This document shows, one piece after another, positions 11,666 through 24,177 of a stretch of 64,000 nucleotides of DNA. The notes under the pieces were generated by a model. It searched no databases. It saw nothing but the letters and a program-made list of their open reading frames with translations, and was not told where the DNA came from. Every line of letters starts with the position of its first letter. The stretch's first letter is position 1. The stretch comes from Harriotta raleighana. Its lineage: Eukaryota. The translations under genes were made by a program, and so were the position numbers. The stretch is taken from assembly GCA_050575255.1 (NCBI GenBank), contig JBNZDD010013730.1, forward strand, positions 7,718,012 through 7,782,011, read 5' to 3'.

Positions 11666-12667
11666 GTATAAGGGGCTAGAAGTATAAATCCAGTATGTCT
11701 TCCTCGTCAACAACATCCCACAGCTTCAATCTTGTTTCCCTTCCAGCTATGTAGGCATAGTAGATGCCTATCAGAGGTCAGTTATTTCTGGTTCAGGTAT
11801 CTATGTCAAATTTGGTCAGCTGATATTTCCTAAACCCCATTAATTTACCCAGTGCCCTACAAAATAGAGCAATATTTGTTGTGCTTTGTTGCATTCTGTC
11901 ACTATCAGTATTGAGGAGGTAATAGTGATGCCCAATAGTGATGATACAATTGGGAGGTATTCTGATTGCTTCGCTAAGTGAGGTGAATTCACCTGATTTG
12001 CTCCTCTAATGAGATTTTCCATTATAGATGCATATTGAAACCTTCCTTATAATGAATAGTGTAAAATACTGCAAGTCCTTTGTTATCTTAATGTACTGCA
12101 AAAATTATAATTCCTTGAGCTTTATCACTGAGTACTCTTTGAAATTCATACTGTATTTCCATGGATCTGGCAATTTGTATGTGCATTGCACAAGGTTTTT
12201 CAAGATGTCATTTAGAAAAATTAATTATGCGTGAATTGAATTTTCCCTGAAATTGCTGCAGATCAGCCAGTCATACATAAAGCATTCATGGCATTTTCTT
12301 CTGATGTTGGAAGGTGCTGTAGAGCAAATCAATATAACAATAGATTCTTGCTTCTTCCATTACCTACATTTGACATGAAGAATTTACATTTTTTGTACAG
12401 TATTTGGTGATATGTTTGCAGTTCCACTTACATATGGAACTGTTTTTCTCTTTCTATATACTGCCTGAAGATATTTGCTTAACATTTTGTATACTGTAGC
12501 CAAAACTAATCTGTATGGAAAAGATACTTGCTGTAATGGGATGGTTGTGTTTTCTCTGCATGGGCCAATGATGTTGTTAATCAAATCTAACATATATTTG
12601 CGTTTGCAAAGATACCACTTAAGAACGTGAATCCACTCTTTCAATATGTTTAGAGAAAAGCAAAGCT

Positions 12668-12764
12668 TCAAAAACAGAACCCGTTGGATATACACGGCAA
12701 GTCAATCTGTATCCGAAAAAGGAAATTTGGGTTAACATATTGAACAGAACCCTTCACCAGAACT
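12668..12764 (-). mobile_element. Degenerate Penelope-type 3' tail
   Basis: Minus strand agttctggtgaagggttc...gttaac...gattgacttgccgtgtatatccaacgggttctgttttt aligns loosely with 49021-49120. Confidence 0.5.
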
Positions 12765-12956
12765 AAAGCAGATGGGTTTGAGGAGCTCCTTTGAAGGAAA
12801 ATTGTAGGACATGAATCATTATAAACAAAATGCATTAGGATGATGCTAAAAATATTCCCTGATGGCCTACTGGGTAAAGTCACTACCAAGTGTAGCATTG
12901 TACCACACAGGTTAGAAGGATGCAGTTTGATTCTTGGTTCACACGAAGTTAGCATA

Positions 12957-13240
12957 TCATAGAATCATACAGTCATACAGCCAGAAGGAGGCCACTCAGC
13001 CCATCATGTTTGCGGCAGCTCCGAAAGGAGCTGTCCAACTCAATCCCACTGACCTGCTTTCTCTCCATAGCCCTGCAATCTTGTCCTCCCCAAATACCCA
13101 TCTACTCTGTATCTCACTTTGGACTGCAGAGGGTTTGCTTCAGTTGGTCTATTGCATTCTATTGAAGGGGGAAAATCACGAATATTATGTATCCCCTTCT
13201 CTAGGCTCTGACTGACAGATCCTTCGATTCCTTCCTCCCC
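12957..13240 (-). mobile_element. CR1 LINE 3' end
   Basis: catagaatcatacag..cagaaggaggccactcagcccatc, the reverse of a typical chondrichthyan CR1 3' UTR and tail. Confidence 0.75.
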
Positions 13241-16200
13241 AACCATACACCCTGTTTTACTTTCGGCAAAGTGTCTGACACGATCCTTCAAATAATGATG
13301 GATCTGTTTTTTTCTATTTTTATTTCTCCAATGTTTATTTTGCATGTTTACCCCAAAATGATGGAATCTGACCACTGTGGCCTTCATTAGAAAGAAAAAG
13401 TACAGTGGAAAATTTTCTCTTTTAATGCTATACATTTAACAATTATTCACTCGATATCATAGCCGAGTGAACTACATTGAACTATTGTTGGTGGCATCAT
13501 TCCACCTCTGATCTTCTTAAAATTCCTTTAAGCAACAATTATAATTTGACTACTCAGAAGAAGTAGGTGTTCAATTTCACTGCCCTTCCTGACTGATTAT
13601 CTCCAGTCTGTATGCAGAGCTGACTGTGTGGAGCATACAATCTGCTCCAGCAAACAGGTTTCTAAAGCTTGTCGGTTCAGCTGGTAATTGATAGCATAGC
13701 AAACTGAAATACTGGTCTGAACAGAAGAGAGCTATAGGTCTTATTAATAAAGCACATCCATACATTGGACACCTGAAAATATTTATTTTGATACATCCAA
13801 GTTGTACTGATTTTCTGTATACGTTTCTTTCACAGAGATACTTGAATTTTGCCTGAAAACTAAATTTGCATTAAAAACTGCCCACAATAAGACTCTCTTT
13901 TCGAATGTGCCTGTTATGTCGATGATACAGCAGTCCGTCGATATGACAATGAAAAATATTTCATTTGAACTAGTTGTATACAGTAGCTACATGAAACCTA
14001 TTTTAGAATTTATTTCTATTACACAAACAGTTCACTTAGTTTATCTGCGTTGGTCATATTTCATGCCTTATCAATTTCAATTGAAGAAAACGCACTTACT
14101 TCTGTGACATTGCTTGACTTTGATCTAATCAGCAATAGATCTTATAAATCAATGTTTCAGTATTATCCTTCTTATTCTCCTGTGGCCATGTCCTGAAATG
14201 TTTACTGAAGCAGGTCAGTTTTTAACTGAAGTTGGATTATTTGTCTGTTCCTCAACTCAAGGTGTTTATGTCGCATGTTAATGTGCTCGATTGTCACAGT
14301 ACAATTAAACATCGTCACCATTATATTCCTTCTTTCGGGTTGTAATAGACATGTTAACTGCAGCAGCTGTTATTCTACTGCAAAAGTTTCATCTTGCAGT
14401 TTTAAATCTAGGAAAGGATGCTTTTGATTATTGTATTCAATTAATTTCAGAACAAGGGCTATTTTTCTTGACAACAGAAGAGAAAATTGGAAAGAGGTCT
14501 TCCATTTAAGTTGTTTATTTTAATTTCTACTGCTGTCCCAAAGTTTTTTTTTCTCAATTCGTGCAACGTATTTGAATGCTGATGGCCCCTTGTACTTTAT
14601 GATATGGTAGTTGCAAGGGAACAAAAATAGTGATAGCATTTCAGAATGCATTTGGTAAAGTTCCACATGTGTTACTATTAAATTAATTGAAAGCAATGGC
14701 AAATTAGTATGTTGAATTGAACATGATAGGAAGCAAGGAGGATGACCAATGGGAAACCTTTTTGAAGGCAATAAGTAAGTAGTATGGTTTCACAAGGGAT
14801 TGGTCAGGGACTTTTACAAAAATCATACCAATAATGTGTATACAGGTGTTATTGTAGCATATCAATGAATTTGTATTTTTTCCACCAATGGACTATAATT
14901 TGTCACTGCCCAGTCTTCACTACTGTACATTGCTACTTTAAGCCTTAACTGAAGAAACACCAATGTCTGGGATTATCTTGTAAATAGATCTGACATTTGT
15001 TTACTTCAGTTTGATTGGAAACATTTTATTAATAATATTTTGCTGAAGTATCACTATAATGTTATTAAGTAAAAAATAACTCGCATTTAGAAAAAATTAA
15101 GATGGGTCAAGTTATGAAATAGGTGTACCATAATTTTCAAACTTTGTTATACTTGTACCATAAAAAGGAGACTTAGTTATGATTTATATTACACTGTGGA
15201 GAATAACCTCATAATTCATGGATGACAATGTTCCTGTGCTATTTATACCATGACCTTCGTTTTAAGCTCATTTTAAAATAAAATTATGATAAAAATGACC
15301 TTTCTAGTCCAGAGCTAGCGTATCAGAAACTCACGTTCGCAGAGAGTGAAAATGTATATGTCACTGGAGTGAGGTTGTGATCGGCATTGCAGCTTGTTAA
15401 CCAGTTTCCAAGGCAATGTTGTACTCTAGATATTGTCTGTGTGTCATTTTCAATGAGCTTTTAATAATAATTTTGAATTGGAGACTGGAGAAATTAGGAA
15501 TGAGATGGGTTATGTCAAGGCAAATAACAATACTCACTGATTGGCAGAGAGTACAAATCCAAGGTTGTCACAAAAAGAAAGCAGAGATTAGAAAATATAT
15601 TTTGATGAATAAGTGATTAACTACTAATAATTAATAATAATCCTTGTGTTTGATATAGCACTCTATTATATCAATGAAATATCATGTTCATAGAATTTGT
15701 GCTGGTTTGCAGATCCCGTGTACAGTATTTGGAAGCGATAGCATCAGACATTTTTCACTCAGCAATGTCCAATAAATGGGCATCCGATGTGCATCAGAAG
15801 ATAATGTGAAGCCCCATTGTCTCGTCTATACCAAATAAATTATGATTCCCAATTGTTTTTAACATTTTCACTGTCCGTATAGTAATTGAAACGCTTTCTA
15901 CATGGGTCAAAATTTCTGCCTGTTTTGAAACTTACTTGGAATATTATTCTTTTAATCTTGGTTAATACTTTAGGATGTTAACAAACATTCTGCTCAGCCT
16001 TTTCTGGTTGGTGTTCATACATTTGAGAAACAGAGTTGAGGTAAATACTGACTACTTTTCAACATGTACTTTCAATGTGTTCAAATAAAGTTAGCCCTAT
16101 GCTGCCAAATGGTTGAATCTATTTATAATCAGTGGTAATAAAATATACAATCATTGCAGGAGATGTCAAGAAATAGGAAGCATAGAAACAAGAAGGTGTT

Positions 16201-17060
16201 TACTCTTAAAAGGAAATTCAGCTCTCAAAGGAATAATTCTGGTTTTATAGTAGCCACGTATGAACGAATGCCATTTAATTTATCGGGAGAGACTGTCATT
16301 ATTTGTTAAGACTAAACAATAAACAAGGCTCCTGGATATTTGCCATTGAGTTTTCTGTCCAAGCTCAACACGATAATTGGTAAAGATTTTTTACAATATG
16401 GGGAATTGCAATAATTAATGATGGAGAGATGTATTTATCTAATTCAGTGTAATTAAAAGCTGATTTACAATTCATATTTTTCTAACTGCTGAACAGAGGG
16501 CAATAGCTTCTGCAGCATGTGTCAAACTAAGGTTGCAAGGTCATTTCTCACCCTTTATTGTTGCTCGAAGCTTCTAGCAACAGTATAATATATTACCCAG
16601 AATATTAAAATGTGCAGACACAGTTAGACAACAATCACTGGAGTCTCTCTCTGAGACTGATCTTATGAACACAGTAGAACGGTACAATAATAAAGCTTAA
16701 TAAGGTGGACTGATTAAAAGATTAGGACTCTTTGATTATACTGGTTACTCAAATTTAATTTTAATTTTGGCATTAAGACTTTTAAAGCATGCCTTGCATA
16801 TTATATAGCGGAGCCAAAGCTGTTGGCCATGTCTAATGAAAAATTTTCACAGCAATTTAGTGAGCTAGCTTTTAATGTTACCTGTATTTTCTTCCTATTT
16901 CTTAAATTATGAAATGAACTCCTTACAACAATGTAGAGTGGCTTTTTGGCTCAGTTTTAATGTATATCTATACTAGTGCTATTCAGTTAGAGCTCCTGCT
17001 TCTGAACTCTATCCAAAGACTCAGGTGTGAGTGTGTGGCATTGGTGAGTACTGTATATTA

Positions 17061-17394
17061 TGATGATAATAATAATAATCCTTGCTTTTGATATAGCACT
17101 TTTCACATCTAGATATCTCAAAGCACTTCACAGAATATGTTGTAAAGTGAATTGACTATATATTTGTGGGCAAAACACGGCAGCCATTTGCGCACAGCAG
17201 CGTCCCATAAATAGTCGTGGATTGAAATGACCAATTTTATTATTGTTTTTTATGGAGGGATTATTATCTNGCATGTGGAGTAAGGAAATTTGCTCAAGGT
17301 TTCGCCCTGTCTTGAATTGAACCCAGGTTTCTCGCTTGCAAGGCGCGTGCTCTAACCACTGAGTTAGAGGATTCCACATGCTACAGGACTCCAC
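17061..17394 (-). mobile_element. Full-length tRNA-derived SINE
   Basis: Reverse complement of the 8395 family with a head (ctcagtggttagagc, gggttcaattc) and (tta)n tail. N at 17270. Confidence 0.93.
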
Positions 17395-20300
17395 ATAAGA
17401 CATGACTATTAACTCTGAATCCTCTCAGAGTGGAATAGCCACCCAACGTTCACTGTCAAGGGAGTTGTATCTGAGTTGTAACTGTAATATTGTAATATTA
17501 ATGCAAAAATCCGAAGGAGAAAGTGTTCCATTTCCTAGAGCTAACATCCCTGATCTTAAAGAATGCAATGTTGACTGAAACACTGTAAGTGCATGTGAGA
17601 GTATGTGACTCGGCAACACTAATGTTCACACTTGATTGAACAGCGAGTTATTGTGGCATGTGCTGCTTTAGAGAGGCATGTATGAAAATGGGAGAGAGCG
17701 AGGACGCCTAAGGGAAAGGGTGGATGCAATGGATGGATGCAAGAAGAGAATTATTGAGTTTGCAAATGTGATATTTTGATGTGGAAGCTCCAATGGGTGC
17801 AGCAACTTATGATTTCTTCCTTTTGTTTGTATTCCACAGAACCTTATTCCCTAAGTTCGGATAGCAAACACATGGTTTGGGGAACTAGTTTATTTACTGA
17901 ACCGCAAAACATGGCACATTTTGTTAATTATTTACAGAGAGTGCAACATGTAGTACTATGGCAGCAACTGATTCTACACTTTGTAATGTATACTGATGTA
18001 GAGATCATGTACAAGGGTACCTTTCATGCAGCAGGATTGCTTTTGCTTAATATTCCCCATAGTATAATACAACATTTTCCACTTTTTGGATTAATACATG
18101 GAAACAAAACAATTCACTTGTCTTATGGAATAAACCACCAGCTATACTTAGACAAGCAGATCGCTCAGGGTATATTGTGCCTATCTCAAGGCATAAGCCT
18201 CAGGCCTCGCTCTGGTTTATGTAGGTTAACATTAGTATCAACTGAATTTAAATCATGTTCATGCAGATTAGACTACATTGTGCTGCAGACACAGTACAGT
18301 ACTGCTTACATAGGCTTCCCAATGATTGACAAGATATCAACACACTCTCTCTGTTGGATTTAGCTGATAGCCAAGTCTGTTGCAGTGATGAATGACAGGG
18401 ACAAAGGAGGGTGAGGGGGCATAAAGGAGCTGTACACCTTTTACCAATCAGAACTGCCAGAGAGATCATTCTATTTGACTGGATCTCTCACATTTCTTCT
18501 TGTTTACATCCTTAAACTGTACCCACATTGAGAGCAATGAGGACTCAGTCTCCAAGGTTGTGACACTCATTCAAACCACAGAATTTGCAACAATGGAGAG
18601 AGGCAATAGATTATTGTGGTTAGTCTCCCAAACCTTTGACAAAACCTTCACCACAAAACCATAAACAATGGAAATGCCTGTCATTGTAGGAAGCCATTTG
18701 GCTCATTTCTCTATATTGGTGTTCGCTTGCGTGGCTATTAAGGCCAATACAGAAGGGAGATAGAGAAGACCTGCAGATTACCCTCCAAAGGAGAAATTTG
18801 CTGACTCTATGTTTTAGGAGCCGAGAGGGTTATTCTTGGGTAATTGATAAATTTACTGACCTAGGCAACAAGCAACTAATATTTTCCACTTGATGGTAAA
18901 ATGATCAATTAATTGCACATTTTAAATGCACACCCCAAGGTCAGTAAATGCACTAACATTGGGAGAATGGCCCCCTGCCTGGTTTCGATATGTGGCTGGA
19001 TGATCCTGTCACAGGTTGTTCTACTCTGACCAACCTTCCCCATTTCACCCGCCGCCCTGTCAGGAACAAGCCCTTGCTCTGACACTCATCGATGACACCC
19101 GCGAGTCCTCTAGAGGCTGGAGACTGCAGCCGCAATCTGCCGTTGTCCAGCAGCATCAGTGTCTGTTCAATCCTGACCTCAGAATTCACCAGCGGTACTG
19201 AATGCTTAGTGCAAATTGCAATCAGTTTCTCCTTCCCACTCCCATGCCACCAGCACTAAAGAAGCAAAGGTATTGATCATCTTCAGTTTCATTTTGTATA
19301 ATCGCCCCAGGTCTTGGATATTCTGGGCAAATCAAACACAAGGATTGCAAGGGAATAAGTAGTTCCTGATCATTAAGCGATCCAGGGAGCCAGGCTTGAG
19401 TCATTAATAGAATATGATATTAAAAAAGAGAATGTTTTATCAGAGACATGTTCGTCAAACATTAGGAAAGTCCAAGAGGCTCTTTGAAGAACAATTGTCT
19501 TTTAATGGCCGAGTGCCCTTTTGGTGGTTGAATGTAATGATTCATTTTTCTGATTCAATTGGAATGATAAAAAGAAAGATAGCAATGTTGAGGTCAGTAC
19601 CAAACAGAAACCACTGATCTGTAGTGTAACTGACAACCCAACATGTAGTCAGATGCTAACCTTAACACTAAATGATCATTAACCATTTTTTTCACACAGA
19701 AATCTCACATATAATTCAACCCACTCCAGAATTGACTGCATACATTTTCTTCTATATTTCCTGTGCAGCTCCTGGTAACATTTAACTAACTTTATTTTCC
19801 AGATTTTTAGGGTTTATTCTCTGCTTGTCAGTGCGTGCTGATAACACGATTTTTAAAAAATATGTGCACGTTGCCAAGATTCGTAAATTTACCAAGAATT
19901 AGCAGAGAATTATTTAAATCCCGGGAATACTGCGACGTTGTTTGGAAATTCACAGAGCAACAGCAGGCTGTGCAAAGTAAACAATGCCATATGCGACATA
20001 GCATTGAGTGAAGTAACACTAAAGTTGCTAGAATTTACTAATCCCGGGTATGTAGTTTGAAAAACTGGTACGAGATGTAGTAAAGTAGTGCATGCAATGT
20101 ACACTATTTCTTTGTGATATTCTAAGAAATACAAGTTGCATTATGACTCTGAGCTCATTTTGAGTCCCCTCTTGCGCTAACATCCGCTGGGAATGCTTCC
20201 ATGTCATGGACCAACCTCCACCACACTTCCTTGGTTTGGGGAAGGTAGAGCCCTACACTTTCTACTAATTTCAAGTTCATTTTTAAAAGATTGAGAATTC

Positions 20301-20443
20301 ATGAAAATATAGTTTGCTCTTTTCATTCACAATGTCAGGGAGCCTAAAAGTTGCGGGCAGGAATGTGTGGGTGGAACGCATTTACATTGCAAAGAAAGGG
20401 CAAATACACAGTGGGCTTTATTACACCCCCCCGCTGTAGTTTA

Positions 20444-20971
20444 CAGTTTATCCGGCACCCATGGGACCTGGCCAGTGGCGGTTAAATGGTTTTCCGGTTG
20501 AATGGTTTTTAAAAAAAATATATTTTTAAAAATTATTTTAACACATACCATATTAATAATAGACTAAATAATAAAAGTAACAATATTGTATGGGTATTTT
20601 ATTGTAAATGTTGTACACTGTACCATATAAATAATAGACTAAATACAGTAATAACAGATACTGTAATAACTGAATATTGTATTAGTACTTTATTATTTAT
20701 ACTTAACTTCTGCAATGGCTGCCCCCATGGGGGAAAATCAAGCGGCAGTAGCGCGACTTTTTTTAAAAAACGGCAGTAGTGTGACTTTAGACTCAACTAG
20801 TGGCCAGCCGAGTACCTGCACCAGTACTCGCATGCGACAATCGATTCATTAGATGCGTCATCACTATTCTGCCGGATAACTTCCAGTTTATCGAATCGGG
20901 ACTTTTGTTTTGAGGTTCCTGTTGAACTGGGTTTCCAGTTCATCGAGTCACGGATAAACAGGGTTTTACTG
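20444..20971 (-). mobile_element. Tigger/pogo-like MITE, copy 2 (inverted)
   Basis: Right end ggataaacagggttttactg-TA. Left end TA-cag-tttatccgg has a partly deleted TIR. The body is the reverse complement of 4376-4904. Confidence 0.88.
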
Positions 20972-20973
20972 TA

Positions 20974-21075
20974 TGATAATAATAGGTCTTGGATTTATCC
21001 TATGTATCTTACCACGTGTTCAAGATGCCTCAAAGCACTTCATAGAATATACTGGAAAGTGAATTGACTGTTTAT
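20974..21075 (-). mobile_element. SINE 3' fragment abutting the MITE
   Basis: gataataata...ctcaaagcacttcatagaatatactggaaagtgaattgactg. Confidence 0.8.
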
Positions 21076-21298
21076 TTCCTTGAAATAATAATCTCCCTGA
21101 AGCACCTTGTTAATCTCTCTGAAATTCCTATTTGAAAGTTATAAGGCCTCTAGTCAATGTCACATCATTAGAAAATGTCACGCCCAATACTCAGTGATGC
21201 CAGTTGCATAATGTTTCCAATGAAATAAGATGTTACAGGAAAACAAAACTCAGCCTTAAATGGCTGTGTCTCTGTCATTTTAAGTGATTTATATTCAG

Positions 21299-21425
21299 TG
21301 AAGATAGTGGGGTTGTTGTGTGGTATGCAATTCAACATAGCTGGTCAATACGGCATTGACCGGAGTTTGTTGAAATTAATGTTAGCAGCAAAGTCTCAAA
21401 TCACAATTTCTGCAAGGCTTTCAAG
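21299..21425 (+). other. Candidate exon
   Basis: Weak acceptor atttatattcag| and consensus donor AAG|gtgagt. One frame is open but the peptide is unrecognised. Confidence 0.25.
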
Positions 21426-23871
21426 GTGAGTGCAATATTAAATAAGCACGCAAGTATTAACATTCCAATGGATATATATCACGCACTTGGAAATATCACA
21501 GACAGTCGTAAAGAGTGTTCAATTCATTTTGAATGCAAATATCAAGGATGCTTGAAAAACAGTGTGTAGATGGACACAGTGAGTATCTCACCAGTTGCCC
21601 CATTCCTTCCAGTATGGGCGATTTTCATTGAGAAATGTTTGGGATTATTAATGAATAAATACTTACGGACACAAAAGTTACCACCAATGATAATTACCGT
21701 GTATATATACAGTATATGTATGGTACACTCACACAACCACCCCCCACCCTCACTCCAACTCCCCCCCCCCAAACACCCCCATCCCATATTTAAGATAATT
21801 AAATGATTTTAAAGCGGAAATGCTTAGCATTGATGGAGGAACCACCCAACAACCTGAAACAATGTCAATTTACATGATGTGAAAGTTATTTTGAAAGTCT
21901 TGCAGTATTAAAGGTTTGTACAATACTAAGAAAAAATAATCCTTACATTTGGTTTATTGATAATCCTTTCACATTGAAAAGGTATCTCAAAACATTTCAA
22001 AGAGATATATTATAAAGTGGAGCAAATTTGCTAAGTTTATTATTTGTCGATAAAAACTTACATCAGAAAATGCATGAAATGATACACATCTAATGGCTTC
22101 CCAGGTGTCAGCAGTTAAGTTAGCAGTTTGTAAAGTTCGGGAAATGCAATTACAGAATTTCCTTTCAAAATAAACCAGAAATGCTTCTTCTGTTCTGTAA
22201 AATAACTAAAACCCCAAGAATAATGAACAACTCATGGTTTCACTGGCAGCATCCACTTCAGTATTCTAAATACATAGGATTTGAAAAGATAAATAGACGA
22301 GGTGTTTGAGTTAATGGTCTGTATCATGTATTACTTTGGGTGTTAAGTTTCATCAATTTGGCTGTACACAAGATCTTCCAAAACATTAAGTTTATTGACT
22401 TGTGCTGTAAATTTCTTTCCGCCACTTGATTTTAATGCTAAACTAGCAATAAATGAAACAGCGTACCATGAGAACAGTGTGTGTTGCAATCCAGGCTGGT
22501 TTGTGTTTCAAGATTAAAATCACTCATAGACAGCCTTCCTGCATTATTCCATTTGTGCTTGTTACTGTATCCGAAGGCCACAAGATCCCTGTGAAATCGC
22601 AGTGCGGTGCCTATTAAAGACCAGGAATTCGGGATGTATATTATTTTTAGTGCCCTTGACACCTTGCTGCAGAAAACCACCACCAAAATGGCATTGTTTT
22701 TAATAAAACAATGAACATTGTTTTTAATAACATTGATGTTTTGAGGCTTTCTAGGTGGAATAATGGACCTGCTCCACAAAATGGTTATAATCAGTTCCAT
22801 GTTATAGCTGAATTCTGTGGTCAGTGATGATCCTGTCTGACCTGGTATAACGATGCTGGTACAAGCAAGCTAAATAGCCATTTATTTAGCACATATTAAA
22901 TCCATCGCTGCTATGAAAGACCATGGAAATAGTATTCCCAGAGCTTATACATTATGCAGGAAGCATAGAACCATGATTATAAATCACCTCCAAGAGTACT
23001 AGCAAACTTGTCCTATCAGGTTGATTCCTAGGCCTTTTACCTCAGAAATTTGCTGTAGTCTGACAAATTACCTCATCCATTGCGGCTAATATAGGCTTAC
23101 CGAACAGCATTTTTTTTTAAAACCCATGTTGTTGTCATAGACTCCAAAGATCAAGGTCACATTACATTCGTGGACCTGTGATGACTGAACACTGCTCTGG
23201 TGGAGGATTCAGAGGTTTAATCTTTGGATTATTGCCACAAGTATCTTATTTAAAATTAGAGTAATCACTTTTTTCCTATCTAATACATTACGGTTATTTG
23301 CAATTTATAGCATCTGCCTTCAAATGGTCCACTAATCGCTCAGCCTGGCAAAGTACTCAGCTACCACAGAAACACTTCTCTCATACTGATTCACTTCCTT
23401 GTCTAATAAACATAAAGATGTTGAGTGAACGGAATGTTGATGACTGATACATTTTCATTGCTTGTTTCATGCTGGAAAGGAACCAGAGGTAAGTTACCAG
23501 TAAATATCCAGCAGGTATTTGCCCTTATTTTGTTCCCTGTGTTTCTAAGACATGATAAGATGTGCTCATTAAGAAATACAGGAGTGATAATTGCGACTTG
23601 TGTAATAGGCTAATTCTCACAGTCTGTAGGTCATATTATGGGAGTGCTGTTTCTGGGGATACTAACATAACTTAGATTTTTTTTTAAGTTGAGCTACACT
23701 GGTACGCCTCTAAATGGCACTCCATTACCACATGCAATATCTGCTGTGAGGCAGCTTTGGGAATTCAAACAGGATTGCTAGATAAGGAACCCCTATTACA
23801 ATTCCTATCAACCCACAGGCACCTGTGGATGTAAAAATATAATATTTTTGTTATATCATGTTGGATATCTC

Positions 23872-24177
23872 GTGGGATCCTGAGCTCAGTGGTTAGAGCA
23901 CTCTTGCAAGCAAGAGACCTGGGCTCAATTCTAGGCAGGACGAAACCTTGAACAAGTTTCTTTACTCTACATGCATGATAATAATCCCTCAAGAAAAAAA
24001 ACAATAATAATTTGGTCATTTCAATCCAGGACTGTTTGTGGAACACTGCTGAGTGTGCAATTGGCTGCTGCATTTCACCCACAAAATATACAGTCTATTC
24101 ACTTTACAGTAAATTCTGTGAAGTGCTTTGAGATGTCTAGAAGATGTGAAAAGTGCCATATCAAAAGATTATTATTG
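23872..24177 (+). mobile_element. Full-length tRNA-derived SINE
   Basis: gagctcagtggttagagc head, ctgggctcaattc B-box-like motif, body and tail. Confidence 0.92.

Noticed and set aside
17776-18363. Longest non-repeat ORF (195 aa)
   Set aside because: No recognisable domain, composition typical of random AT-rich DNA, non-ATG first codon, and no convincing exon structure.
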